Positions 1-9,000 of a DNA stretch of 64,000 nucleotides are shown one piece after another. Numbering within the stretch: position 1 is the stretch's first letter; every line of letters starts with the position of its first letter. The translations under genes were made by a program, and so were the position numbers. Below the pieces are notes generated by a model, which ran no database searches, was not told the DNA's origin, and saw only the letters and a program-made list of their open reading frames with translations. The DNA comes from Kiritimatiellia bacterium (lineage in GTDB: Bacteria; Verrucomicrobiota; Kiritimatiellia; RFP12; UBA1067): assembly GCA_045627925.1 (NCBI GenBank), contig JAZQOS010000005.1, positions 2,900-66,899 of the forward strand. Reading direction: 5' to 3'.

Positions 1-471
1 TACGAGGACGGCGCGCGCGAGGCGTGGAAGGGCGTTAATCCGTCCGGACCGTGGCGCGGAGGAAAGTACGAGGTTTACGAAGGCGGAACGCGAATTCCGA
101 TGGTGGTCGCGTGGCCGGGCCACGTAAAGGCCGGCTCGAAGAGCGACGCGCTTATTTGCCACACCGATTTCGCCCGTTCGCTCGCGAAGATCGTCGGGGT
201 GGAGATTCCCGAAGGGTCGTGCCGCGATAGCGAGGAACTCTCGGCGGCGCTCTTGGGCGAGACGCAAACGGGGCGCGAGACGCTCCCGGAAATCTCCGGT
301 TGGGGACCTTCGGGCTTCCGCAAGGGCGACTGGAAACTGGTTGCATCTTCCGAGGCGGAGTTGTATAATTTAAGGCACGATCCGGGTGAACGCGAGAATC
401 TGGCGAAAAAGGAGCCGGAGAAGCTCGCCGAACTCGAAAACGAATTTAAGCGTATCTTGAACTCCAAATAA
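1..471 (+). CDS. sulfatase family protein, C-terminal fragment (5' end lies outside the window)
   Basis: Frame 1 is open from base 1. The translation YEDGAREAWKG..GGKYEVYEGGTRIPMVVAWPGHVKAGSKSDALICHTDFARSL matches the conserved C-terminal sulfatase block (GK-x3-YEGG-x-R-[IV]-P ... WPG). TAA stop at 469-471. Confidence 0.85.
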   Translation, partial: YEDGAREAWKGVNPSGPWRGGKYEVYEGGTRIPMVVAWPGHVKAGSKSDALICHTDFARSLAKIVGVEIPEGSCRDSEELSAALLGETQTGRETLPEISGWGPSGFRKGDWKLVASSEAELYNLRHDPGERENLAKKEPEKLAELENEFKRILNSK

Positions 472-486
472 CCGAAAGGACACGAC

Positions 487-1383
487 ATGAAAGTGAAAAA
501 GCTCCAAGGTCTCATTGCGGCCGCGCACACGGCGTTCAACGCCGATGGTTCGGTCAACATCGCGGTCATCAAGGACCAGGCGAAGATGCTCATCCGCCAG
601 AAGGTCACCGGCGTCTACATCTCCGGCACCACGGGCGAGGGAATCTGCTGCTCGATCGCCGAGCGCAAGGCGGTGATGGACGCATGGGCGAAGTACGCGA
701 AGGGCAAGCTCTTCTTGATCGTCCACATCGGCGCGCTGGCGCTTCCCGACGTGCAGGAACTCGGCGCTTACGCAGTTAAGGCGAAAATGGACGCGACCTC
801 AATCGTGCCGCCGAACTTCTTCAAGCCGGGCTCGGTGGATATGCTCATCGCCTATCTCAAGGAAGCGCTCAAGACCTCGACCAAGCTGCCGTTCTACTAC
901 TACCACACCGGAATGTCGGGCGTCAACTTCGACATGCAGACCTTCCTCGAAAAGGCCGACGGCAAGATCAAGAACCTCGCCGGTATCAAGTTCAACTATC
1001 CCGACCTCTACATGTATCAGCGTTGCCTTCGCGCCTTGGGCGGCAAGTACGACATTACCTGGGGCATTGACGAGTGGTTCGCGGGCGCGGTCGCGCTCGG
1101 CGCGAAGTCGGCGATTGGCTCGACCTACAACTACGCCGCGGGAATCTACTACAAGATCTGGAACGCGGTCAAGAAGGGCGACCTCAAGGCGGTGGAAGCT
1201 GGAATGAAGAAGGTCTGCGACATCGTGGACATTCTCGTTCAGTACGGCGGCGTCGCCGGCGGCAAGGTAATGTGCAAGCTGTGGGGCGTGGACCTTGGCG
1301 AGGTGCGTCTCCCCAATAAGACGATCGACGCGAAGGGCAAGGCCGACATCTTAAAGCGCATCAAGAAGATCGGCTACCGGTAA
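487..1383 (+). CDS. nanA: N-acetylneuraminate lyase (DHDPS/NAL family class I aldolase)
   Basis: 298 aa. Contains the GTTGEG motif, a Schiff-base lysine context AGIKFNYPDLYMYQ, and a GSTYN block as I recall it from E. coli NanA (GGIGSTYN). An SD-like aaagga lies upstream. Confidence 0.8.
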   Translation: MKVKKLQGLIAAAHTAFNADGSVNIAVIKDQAKMLIRQKVTGVYISGTTGEGICCSIAERKAVMDAWAKYAKGKLFLIVHIGALALPDVQELGAYAVKAKMDATSIVPPNFFKPGSVDMLIAYLKEALKTSTKLPFYYYHTGMSGVNFDMQTFLEKADGKIKNLAGIKFNYPDLYMYQRCLRALGGKYDITWGIDEWFAGAVALGAKSAIGSTYNYAAGIYYKIWNAVKKGDLKAVEAGMKKVCDIVDILVQYGGVAGGKVMCKLWGVDLGEVRLPNKTIDAKGKADILKRIKKIGYR

Positions 1384-1392
1384 GGTGGCGCG

Positions 1393-2616
1393 ATGCTTCC
1401 CGCGCTTGCCACGATTGCGCTTTTCGCCGTAATCGACCTCGGTCCGACGCTGGACGATCCGGCGATCTGGGCCGAGGGGGCGCGGCCACTTGCGCTTGAT
1501 CGGTACGAAGAATACAGCTGGCGCGGGTTTCCGGTTTGGGATTCTCGCGTTCTCACCTCTTCGGACGGCAAGCGATTGGAGCGCGTCGAGCTTTCGCTCT
1601 ACAATCGCGGCGACGCCGACGAAAAGACGACGATCGGCGAAAAAGAGCTCGAAACGCATCTCGCCGAATTGGAAAAGACCTTCGGCGAGGAGAAGGGCGC
1701 GAAGGTGGAGCGTACGCGGCTTGCCGATGGTGCGCTAAAATTCCGCTCCGTCCATTTGGCGGGCGAGCGGACAATTGAAATCGTTTGGGGACTTTCCGCC
1801 GAGGATGAAAATCGCAAGCGCGCAGTCGAGTATTTGCGCGCGTCGGTAATCGGCACGAAGTCGCCCAAATCGCCGACTAAAAAGTCCAGCGTGGAGAAGC
1901 AGTCGTCGCTCAAGGCGAACGTTGTCAAAGACGCGAATGGAGATGTGCGGATCGCGGGCGTGCCGATGATCAATCAAGGCGAAAAGGGATATTGCGCCGT
2001 CGCTACCGCCGAGCGAGTTTTGCGCTACTACGGAATTCACGTCGATGAACACGAACTCGCCCAACAGGCGGGCACTACATCGGAAGGCGGAACCCAGACC
2101 GCCAGAATGCGCGACGTCGCTCGGCGCATCGGCGAGCGCAACGGACTCGGCTATCAAGACATCCTCGCCATTGCCGTCACTACCGCCGACTACTACAAGG
2201 AAATCGAGCGCTACAACAAGGCGGCGAAAGCGCTCGATCGGAAATCGATTTCGCCCGCGGATTTCACGCGCAACCACGTTTTCTATAGCGACGAGATGAT
2301 CGAGGCGATGGAGCCGGAGGTGTTGTTGGCGGCGCGGCGTCGCGATTCGCGACTTCGGCGTTTTTCCGCCGCCGTTCGTCAGCAGGTGAACGCGGGCGTG
2401 CCGGTATTTTGGGGAGTTACGCTCGGGCTTTATCGCGAGGCGATCGCGAATCCGCAATCGCGGGGCGGGCACATGCGGCTGATCATCGGCTACAACGACC
2501 GTACGAACGAAATCCTCTACACCGACAGTTGGGGCGTTGGTCACGAATTGAAACGCATTGCCGCCGACGAGGCTTTCGCGATGACCCACGACGCATATAT
2601 CCTGAAGCTGCGCTAA
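1393..2616 (+). CDS. hypothetical protein with a C-terminal papain-fold (peptidase C39-like) domain
   Basis: 407 aa. NQGEKGYCAVATAERVLRYYG resembles the Q..C......YYG catalytic-Cys block of C39-type peptidases. The downstream GGHMRLIIGYND and YTDSWG supply candidate His and Asp. SD aaggtgg lies upstream. Confidence 0.65.
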   Translation: MLPALATIALFAVIDLGPTLDDPAIWAEGARPLALDRYEEYSWRGFPVWDSRVLTSSDGKRLERVELSLYNRGDADEKTTIGEKELETHLAELEKTFGEEKGAKVERTRLADGALKFRSVHLAGERTIEIVWGLSAEDENRKRAVEYLRASVIGTKSPKSPTKKSSVEKQSSLKANVVKDANGDVRIAGVPMINQGEKGYCAVATAERVLRYYGIHVDEHELAQQAGTTSEGGTQTARMRDVARRIGERNGLGYQDILAIAVTTADYYKEIERYNKAAKALDRKSISPADFTRNHVFYSDEMIEAMEPEVLLAARRRDSRLRRFSAAVRQQVNAGVPVFWGVTLGLYREAIANPQSRGGHMRLIIGYNDRTNEILYTDSWGVGHELKRIAADEAFAMTHDAYILKLR

Positions 2617-2617
2617 A

Positions 2618-3523
2618 ATGAAAAACCGCCTTTCGCTCGCCTTGATCTTTGCGCTGGCCGTCGTTGCGACGACGACAGTGCTGGCGAAGCCGCCGCCGCC
2701 CAAGTGGTGGACGGAGGAGAACGAGCGCTATCGGTTCATGACCGATCTTTCGCCCTCGAAGGGCAAGGCGTTCATCACCCGGGCGATGCGACTGGCGGAG
2801 GCGATGCGCCGAAGCTACGAATTTTACGTGCCGCCGCTCAAACCCGTCAAGCTCTCCACGGTCAAGGTCTTCAAGGCGCTCTCGGAGTATCGCGAATATC
2901 GCGCCGCTTCGGGCGACGCCGATACGACTTCCATCGGACTTTGGGATCCGAATCGCGAGGAGCTTTTGATTTCCGCCGAGGGCGAGCGCGAAGACGCGCT
3001 TTCGATCATGCGCCACGAGGCGTTCCACCAGTATCTTTTTTACGCCACCGGTCGCGGCGACCACGCGCTGTGGTTCAACGAGGGTCACGCCTGCTTTTTC
3101 GAATCGGTCGAGTACAATAGCGCGAAGAACACGGTCAAAGTCGTGGACAAGGGCAATCGCGCGGAGTGGGTCGAGCGCGATCCGAAGCGCGTCGCCTCCG
3201 CGATCAAGTCGGTTTTGAAGATGGATCGCGCCGCCTACTACGGAGGATCGAGCGACGCGGTAAATCTTCATTACGTAACCGGCTGGGCGATTGTCTACTT
3301 TCTTCAGAACGGCGCCTACGCCCACGAACGCTTCGCGCCCTATCGCAAGGTGGTACCGAAGTATCTCGAACTCATGGCGGCGGGATGCGATTCGCGCGAG
3401 GCCACCGAACAGGCGTGGGCGCTTGTCGCCGATCGCGACATCGAAGCCGACTTCTTGCGTTTTTGGGAACAATATCGTAAACTTTCGCGCAATGCGCGAC
3501 TAAAGGAGCAACAAAAACAATGA
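2618..3523 (+). CDS. secreted HExxH protein (DUF1570-like putative metallopeptidase)
   Basis: 301 aa. N-terminal signal peptide MKNRLSLALIFALAVVATTTVLA. HEAFH (MRHEAFHQY) zinc-binding-type motif. Starts 1 nt after the previous stop. Confidence 0.65.
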   Translation: MKNRLSLALIFALAVVATTTVLAKPPPPKWWTEENERYRFMTDLSPSKGKAFITRAMRLAEAMRRSYEFYVPPLKPVKLSTVKVFKALSEYREYRAASGDADTTSIGLWDPNREELLISAEGEREDALSIMRHEAFHQYLFYATGRGDHALWFNEGHACFFESVEYNSAKNTVKVVDKGNRAEWVERDPKRVASAIKSVLKMDRAAYYGGSSDAVNLHYVTGWAIVYFLQNGAYAHERFAPYRKVVPKYLELMAAGCDSREATEQAWALVADRDIEADFLRFWEQYRKLSRNARLKEQQKQ

Positions 3524-4911
3524 AATCGTCATACTGGGAAAAATGGGCCAAGGCCTATCGGGAAGAACTCGTTAAAAACATCATGCCGTTCTGGATGAAG
3601 CACGGCTGGGATCGGCGGAACGGCGGCGTCTACACCTGCCTCGATCGCGATGGCTCGCTCATGGACTCGACGAAGTCCGTCTGGTTCCAAGGGCGCTTCG
3701 GCTGGCTTACCGCCTACGCCTACAATCACGTGAAAAAGGATCCGGATTGGCTCAAGGCGTCGAAGAGCTGCTGCGAGTTTCTGGAGAAGCACTGCTTCGA
3801 CAAGGACGGTCGCGCCTATTTCGAGGTGACGGCGCAAGGCGTTGGGCTTCGTCGTCGTCGCTATCTCTTCTCGGAGTGCTTCGCCGCGATCGCCTATGCC
3901 GAGTATTCGCTCGCGAGCGGCGACAAGACGTGGGCGAAGAAGTCGCTTGCGCTCTTTAAGCGCATTCGTGCCTGGGCGACGGCGGGTGCGGCGCTCGCGC
4001 AGCTCGACCGCATTGAACGCGAGGTAATGGCCGACGGCAAGATTTCGATCAAGGAGGCGCGGATGCTTTCCGAGATCTTTACACCGCTCGCGAAGTTGAA
4101 CGGCGGCGCGTTCCGCGAAATGGCGAAGACGCTGGACGACGCTTGCGCCGACGGCAAGATCACTCGAAGCGAGTCGAAGGAAATCGCCGTGCTCTTGCGC
4201 GACATCATCGAGCGCTTCGTGCCAGCGAAGTACGAGCCGTCGCTCAAGACCCAAGGCCACTCGCTGACGATGATTCTCATCAACGTCGCGAACGTCCTAA
4301 AGCAGGTGAGCGACGACCCGATTCTCGACGAGCAGATTACCGAGTCGATCTCGCTCCTCAAGAAGTACTTCATCCATCCCGAGTTCAAGGCGCTTTTGGA
4401 AACCGTGGGTCCGAAGGGCGAGTTCATCGACACGCTCGCCGGCCGCACCATCAATCCCGGCCACTGCATCGAGACCTCGTGGTTCTTGATGGATGTCGCG
4501 GTTGAGCGCAAGGACAAGGAACTTCTGAAAACCGCGTTGACGATTCTCGACTGGTCGTGGAACTGGGGCTGGGACAAGAAGTACGGCGGAATCATCTCCT
4601 TCAAGGACTGCCGCAATCTGCCGCCGCAGTGCTACGAGCAGGATATGAAGTTCTGGTGGCCGCAGTGCGAAACGATTATCGCCTGTGCCTACGCCTACAA
4701 GCTTACCGGCGATAAGAAGTGGGAGAAGCGCCATCAGCTCGCGAACGACTGGGCGTTTTCGCACCTCAAGGACAAGAAGTTCCCCGAGTGGTACGGCTAC
4801 CTCCATCGCGATGGCACGGTTGCGCAACCGGCGAAGGGCAACATCTTCAAGGGTCCCTTCCACATCCCGCGCATGCTCATCAAGGCCTGGGAACTCGCGA
4901 AGGGAATGTAA
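3520..4911 (+). CDS. N-acylglucosamine 2-epimerase (AGE / renin-binding-protein family) with an internal ~80-aa insertion
   Basis: 463 aa. Blocks PFWMKHGWDRRNGGVYTCLDRDG, FSECFAAIAYAEY, INPGHCIETSWFLMD, KYGGIISF and FKGPFHIPRML align with AGE-family sequences as I recall them. ATGA overlap with the previous gene. Confidence 0.85.
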   Translation: MKSSYWEKWAKAYREELVKNIMPFWMKHGWDRRNGGVYTCLDRDGSLMDSTKSVWFQGRFGWLTAYAYNHVKKDPDWLKASKSCCEFLEKHCFDKDGRAYFEVTAQGVGLRRRRYLFSECFAAIAYAEYSLASGDKTWAKKSLALFKRIRAWATAGAALAQLDRIEREVMADGKISIKEARMLSEIFTPLAKLNGGAFREMAKTLDDACADGKITRSESKEIAVLLRDIIERFVPAKYEPSLKTQGHSLTMILINVANVLKQVSDDPILDEQITESISLLKKYFIHPEFKALLETVGPKGEFIDTLAGRTINPGHCIETSWFLMDVAVERKDKELLKTALTILDWSWNWGWDKKYGGIISFKDCRNLPPQCYEQDMKFWWPQCETIIACAYAYKLTGDKKWEKRHQLANDWAFSHLKDKKFPEWYGYLHRDGTVAQPAKGNIFKGPFHIPRMLIKAWELAKGM

Positions 4912-4912
4912 A

Positions 4913-5452
4913 GTGCACGCCGACCTCGCCGACGTCATCGCCGACACCGCCCAGAATTCCATCGAGGCGGGCGCGAAGCGCGTGGAGTTGACGCTAGTCG
5001 AGGACGGCGAACGCCTTCGCGTCGTCGTTAAAGACGACGGCAAGGGCATGGACGAGGCGACCTTAAAGCGGGCGTTTGATCCGTTCTTCACCGAGGCAGG
5101 CAAGCACGACAAGCGCAAGGTAGGGTTGGGGCTGCCGATTCTAAAGCAGATTTGCGAAGCGTGCGACGGCGCAGTCAAGCTCGTCTCCCGGCCCGGCGTC
5201 GGCACTACGCTCGAATACACCTTGGCCGCGAAGCACATCGACTTGCCGCCGATGGGCGATTTGGTCAAGGCGGTGCTTGCGCTTTTCAACTACCCCGGCG
5301 AGTTCGATCTCGTTTTCACCCATCGACGCGGCGAAGCCGAGTACGCGATTGCAAGAAGCGAACTCATCGAGGCGATCGGCGGAATCGAAAGCGTCGAATC
5401 GCTCGCGCTCGCGCGGGAGTTTCTCGAAGGACAGGAGGAGTCGCTCAAATGA
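4913..5452 (+). CDS. stand-alone histidine-kinase-like ATPase (HATPase_c) domain protein
   Basis: GTG start at 4913, in frame with ORF 4685..5452. N box (NSIEAG), G1 box (DDGKGM) and G2-like (GLGLPI) motifs are present. There is no HisKA or sensor domain. The part of the ORF upstream of 4913 overlaps the AGE gene and is Arg/Ser-rich junk. Confidence 0.7.
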   Translation: MHADLADVIADTAQNSIEAGAKRVELTLVEDGERLRVVVKDDGKGMDEATLKRAFDPFFTEAGKHDKRKVGLGLPILKQICEACDGAVKLVSRPGVGTTLEYTLAAKHIDLPPMGDLVKAVLALFNYPGEFDLVFTHRRGEAEYAIARSELIEAIGGIESVESLALAREFLEGQEESLK

Positions 5453-5829
5453 ATCGAATCGAAACCATCGCGCGCGGAGTGTGCATAAAGAAAGGCAAAG
5501 TTCTTTTATGCGCGCCCAAGGGCGGCGCCTACAATTATCTGCCGGGCGGCCACATCGAATTTGGCGAAACGGGGCGCGAGGCGTTGGAGCGCGAGATGAA
5601 GGAGGAGACGGGTCTAAAATCAAAGGCGGGTGCGTTCGTGGGAGTGGTGGAGAGCGTTTTCATGCAAAAGGGGCGCAAGCACGCCGAGATCAATCTCATC
5701 TACCGCCTTGCGCTTAAAAATACGAAAGTGGCGAGCCGCGAAAGCTGGATCGAATTCAAGTGGTGGCCGGTAGAGGACTTGCGCCGCGCGAATCTCCTGC
5801 CCGCGGAAATGATAAAATACGTGAAGTAA
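5449..5829 (+). CDS. NUDIX hydrolase
   Basis: 126 aa. Nudix box GGHIEFGETGREALEREMKEETGL (G-x5-E-x7-REUxEExGU). ATGA overlap with the upstream gene. Confidence 0.9.
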   Translation: MNRIETIARGVCIKKGKVLLCAPKGGAYNYLPGGHIEFGETGREALEREMKEETGLKSKAGAFVGVVESVFMQKGRKHAEINLIYRLALKNTKVASRESWIEFKWWPVEDLRRANLLPAEMIKYVK

Positions 5830-6521
5830 TGTTACACGTTGTCGCAACTCCCATCGGAAACCTGGACGATCTTTCGCCGCGAGGACTTGAGGCGTTCAAG
5901 TCGGCGACGCTGATTGCGTGTGAAGATACGCGTCGCACGTGGGCGCTACTTAGCCACTTTGAAATCTCCAGACCCGAGATGGTCTCGTATCGTCAAGGCA
6001 ACGAAGAGCACACAACCGAGCGAATTCTCAAGGCGCTGGAAACGGGAGCGGAAGTGGTGCTTTGCTCGGACGGCGGCTATCCGGCGATCTCCGACCCCGG
6101 TTATCGGCTCATTCGCGCTTGCGCGAAGGCGAACGCGCCCTACGAGGTAATTCCCGGGGCGAGCGCGGTAAACGTCGCCTTGTTGATGAGCGGGCTTTCG
6201 ACCTCGTCCTTTACCTTTCGCGGCTTTCCGCCGCGCGGGCCGGGCGCGCTCCGCAACTGGTTCGCCGAGGACAAGGACAAGGAGCATACGCTTATTTGCT
6301 ACGAGTCGCCTTTTAGAATCGGCGCGACGCTGGAGGCGGCGCTCGAAGCGCTTGGCGATCGCGAAGCGGCGGTGTGCATCGAGCTTACGAAACTCCACGA
6401 GCGCGTGAGTCGCGGATATCTTTCCGATCTCGTGAAGGAGTTTAAGGACGCGAAGGTAAAAGGCGAAGTCGCGCTCGTTATCGCCGGCAACAACCCGAAG
6501 TTCTTGCGAGGCGGCGAATGA
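5829..6521 (+). CDS. rsmI: 16S rRNA (cytidine1402-2'-O)-methyltransferase
   Basis: The N-terminus MLHVVATPIGNLDDLSPRGLEAFKSATLIACEDTRRT is the hallmark RsmI block. TAATG overlap with the NUDIX gene. Confidence 0.9.
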   Translation: MLHVVATPIGNLDDLSPRGLEAFKSATLIACEDTRRTWALLSHFEISRPEMVSYRQGNEEHTTERILKALETGAEVVLCSDGGYPAISDPGYRLIRACAKANAPYEVIPGASAVNVALLMSGLSTSSFTFRGFPPRGPGALRNWFAEDKDKEHTLICYESPFRIGATLEAALEALGDREAAVCIELTKLHERVSRGYLSDLVKEFKDAKVKGEVALVIAGNNPKFLRGGE

Positions 6522-7009
6522 TCGTTCTCGGCGTCGATACTTCGCTTCGTTCCACTGGCTATGGCGTTATCGCGGTCGAAGGTAGCCGCATGAAGGCGCT
6601 CGAGTTCGGAAATATCAAAAACGGCGCGAAGTTGGCGCTTACCGCCTGCCTTAAGGCGATTCACGCGAAAGTCTCCGCGCTCATCGCCGCCCACCATCCC
6701 GACGTCATCGCCATCGAATCGGTCATCTACGGCAAGAACGCGGGTACAATGCTCGTTCTCGGCGAAGCGCGCGGCGCGGTGTTGACTGCAGCGGCGAACG
6801 CGGGCATCGAGGTCTACGAATACGAGCCTCGTCGGATGAAGCGCGCGGTTTCGGGGAACGCGCTCGCCGAGAAGGAGCAGATTCAGCGAATGGTGAAGAC
6901 GCTTTTGAATCTCGAAACTCTTCCGCAGAACGATGCGGCGGACGCGCTGGGGCTCGCGATTTGCCACGTCAATTCCCACACGCGCTATTCGACGGAAACG
7001 CCGATATGA
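6518..7009 (+). CDS. ruvC: crossover junction endodeoxyribonuclease RuvC
   Basis: 163 aa. MIVLGVDTSLRSTGYGVI start, ..AIESVIYGKN.., DAADALGLAICH C-terminal block. ATGA overlap upstream. Confidence 0.9.
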   Translation: MIVLGVDTSLRSTGYGVIAVEGSRMKALEFGNIKNGAKLALTACLKAIHAKVSALIAAHHPDVIAIESVIYGKNAGTMLVLGEARGAVLTAAANAGIEVYEYEPRRMKRAVSGNALAEKEQIQRMVKTLLNLETLPQNDAADALGLAICHVNSHTRYSTETPI

Positions 7010-7863
7010 TCTGCGAGCTTTGTCCGAGGAAGTGCGGCGAGCGGCCGGGCTATTGCGGTGCGCTCGATAGGCCGCGTGTTTTTCGCTACGGGCCGCACTT
7101 CGGCGAGGAGCCGCCGCTCGTCGGACAGGGCGGAAGCGGCTGCGTATTCTTCTCGCGCTGCACGATGAAGTGTCTTTACTGCCAAAACTCGCCGTGGAGC
7201 TGGCGCGGCGAAGGCTCGGACAAGACAATCGCGGAGCTGACGGAAATCTTTCGCACGCTGGCGGTGAAGGACAAGGTCGAGAATTGGAATCTCGTCTCCC
7301 CGACGCCGTATCTCCCGTTTATTCGCGAAGCGGTTCAGCCGCTCTTTCGTGAGGGCGTACGCTTGCCGTTCGTTTGGAACTCGTCGGGCTACGAGCGAGT
7401 CGAGACGCTGGAGGAATATCGCGAGCTTTGCGATTGGGCGCTATTCGATCTGCGCTATTCGCGCAGCTCGACCGCGCTTGCGGCGAGCGGAGCCGCCGAT
7501 TACGTCGAAGCGGCGCGAGCGGCGGTTCGCTGGGCCTACGCCAAGGATCCGGAGAAGCTGATCGTTAGAATCCTCGTTTTGCCCGGCCACGCCGACGAGG
7601 CGATCGAATCGCTCGCTTTTCTCGCAACGGAACTTTCCAGCGACATCGCGGTTTCGATTATGAGCCAGTTCACTCCCGCCTACAAGGCGCTTTCGACTCC
7701 GCCGTTCGACCGCAAGGTCGCGAAAGCGGAATACGAGTCGGTTACCGAGGCGGCGGCGGATTTCGGCTTCGAGCGCGGCTGGATTCAGAATTACGCCGCC
7801 GCCGATCCCAAGCTCGCGCTGCTCGGCGAGAACATGCCGCCAGACCACGGCGCGGTTCGGTGA
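7006..7863 (+). CDS. radical SAM protein (PflX-like activase family)
   Basis: CTMKCLYC (CxxxCxxC) cluster motif after an N-terminal Cys-rich segment (CELCPRKCGERPGYC). The ATG at 7006 overlaps the ruvC stop (ATGA). Confidence 0.8.
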   Translation: MICELCPRKCGERPGYCGALDRPRVFRYGPHFGEEPPLVGQGGSGCVFFSRCTMKCLYCQNSPWSWRGEGSDKTIAELTEIFRTLAVKDKVENWNLVSPTPYLPFIREAVQPLFREGVRLPFVWNSSGYERVETLEEYRELCDWALFDLRYSRSSTALAASGAADYVEAARAAVRWAYAKDPEKLIVRILVLPGHADEAIESLAFLATELSSDIAVSIMSQFTPAYKALSTPPFDRKVAKAEYESVTEAAADFGFERGWIQNYAAADPKLALLGENMPPDHGAVR

Positions 7864-7867
7864 ATAC

Positions 7868-7897
7868 TTGCCCTTGTGGTCGCGGTTGTGGTATAAT
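7868..7897 (+). promoter_or_regulatory. candidate sigma70 promoter with extended -10 (TTGCCC - 18 nt - TGgTATAAT) ahead of the pseudopilin operon
   Basis: TTGCCC at 7868-7873, TG at 7889-7890, TATAAT at 7892-7897. The ATG of the first pseudopilin is at 7907, so the transcript would be nearly leaderless. Confidence 0.45.
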
Positions 7898-7906
7898 TTA
7901 GGATAT

Positions 7907-8989
7907 ATGAAAAAGGGCTTCACGCTCGTCGAGCTTCTGATTGTCGTCGTCGTCATCTCGATTTTGATGGCGATTACCTTCCGTTTGGTGGGGTTGGGCG
8001 GCGAGGCCTCCTACCGCAATACGACGATTCAGCGTCTCCAAAAACTCGAAAACTGCCTTTCAGGCTATTTCGCCGCATTCGGAAGCTATCCGCCGGTGCC
8101 AATTTATTATAAGCGTAGCGTATATGCGCGATCGGAGAATGGGGAGCAAATTGGCGGCGAGGACGGCTCGCTAAAATGGGCGAACGTGGAGCTCGCGTGT
8201 CGTGCCCAGCCGATTGCGGCGCGTTTCCCGTACGATCGCAGTTACAACGAGTATCTCGAAAACGTCTCGAAGCTCTTCGTTACGCGGTGCAATTCCAACG
8301 ATTCGCAGTACAAAGCCTACTCCAACAAGAAGGCGCTTTGGGGCGGCGGGTTTCAGCCGCTTAACAACCCCAACCAAGTTTCGGGGTGGGACTCCAAGAG
8401 CGAGTGGGCGGACGTAAAGATTTTCCAGTTTGGACTGATGAGCTTTCTTTTGCCGCGCTATCTCTTTATGGCGAACGGCCTCGAGACGGAGGATCTCGAG
8501 AACTGCCAGCAATGGACGAGCAACAACCGGCTTTCTTCCCATCCCAACACCGGTTCGCAGTTCGGAAGTTGGGAGAGCCAACTTAAAGACCATCGCCTTT
8601 TGGTGCGCGTTCCTTCTCAAGCGGTTTGCGCGCGGTGGATGCCCAATCTCGAGGGAATGGTCGATTGCACCGGCTCGCCCGTTTTCTTTGGGGTGAAGAT
8701 TTCGAGCGGCTATGGCCCGATTTCCACCGACATCGCCTCGCCTCGTCTCGACGGATTCTTCTTCGAGCAGAATCGGACGGTGCTCGACGGCATGACGGTT
8801 AGGGACGGGTGGAATTCGGAATTCTTCTATTACTCGACTCCGCCTTATCAGAATTATCGGCTTTGGAGCGCCGGCCCGAACGGGATGACCTTTCCGCCGT
8901 GGGTGTCAATTGATTCGCTCAAGAGCACCTCCGACAAGCAGACGGCTTCGAACTGGATGGCCGATGACATAATGTTCTTGAGCAATTAA
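7907..8989 (+). CDS. large pseudopilin-like protein (prepilin-type N-terminal cleavage/methylation domain)
   Basis: MKKGFTLVELLIVVVVISILMAI is a canonical class III signal (G-1, F+1, E+5). The C-terminal DGWNSEFFYYSTPP..YRLWSAGPNG resembles the GspG DPWG..Y....S.G.DG block. 360 aa. The ORF-track start at 7868 is TTG and would give an atypically long leader. Confidence 0.85.
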   Translation: MKKGFTLVELLIVVVVISILMAITFRLVGLGGEASYRNTTIQRLQKLENCLSGYFAAFGSYPPVPIYYKRSVYARSENGEQIGGEDGSLKWANVELACRAQPIAARFPYDRSYNEYLENVSKLFVTRCNSNDSQYKAYSNKKALWGGGFQPLNNPNQVSGWDSKSEWADVKIFQFGLMSFLLPRYLFMANGLETEDLENCQQWTSNNRLSSHPNTGSQFGSWESQLKDHRLLVRVPSQAVCARWMPNLEGMVDCTGSPVFFGVKISSGYGPISTDIASPRLDGFFFEQNRTVLDGMTVRDGWNSEFFYYSTPPYQNYRLWSAGPNGMTFPPWVSIDSLKSTSDKQTASNWMADDIMFLSN

Positions 8990-9000
8990 AGGAGAAAAAG

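Noticed and set aside
4685-4912. Upstream extension of the HATPase ORF (track start 4685), and similar 5' extensions at 5152, 5760, 6961, 10169, 11526, 12050, 12505, 15113, 49331 and 52512
   Set aside because: The extensions overlap the preceding gene in another frame and translate to Arg/Ser/Pro-rich junk. Internal ATG/GTG codons sit exactly at ATGA/GTGA/TAATG junctions and yield canonical N-termini (prepilin leaders, RsmI, NUDIX, KpsF).
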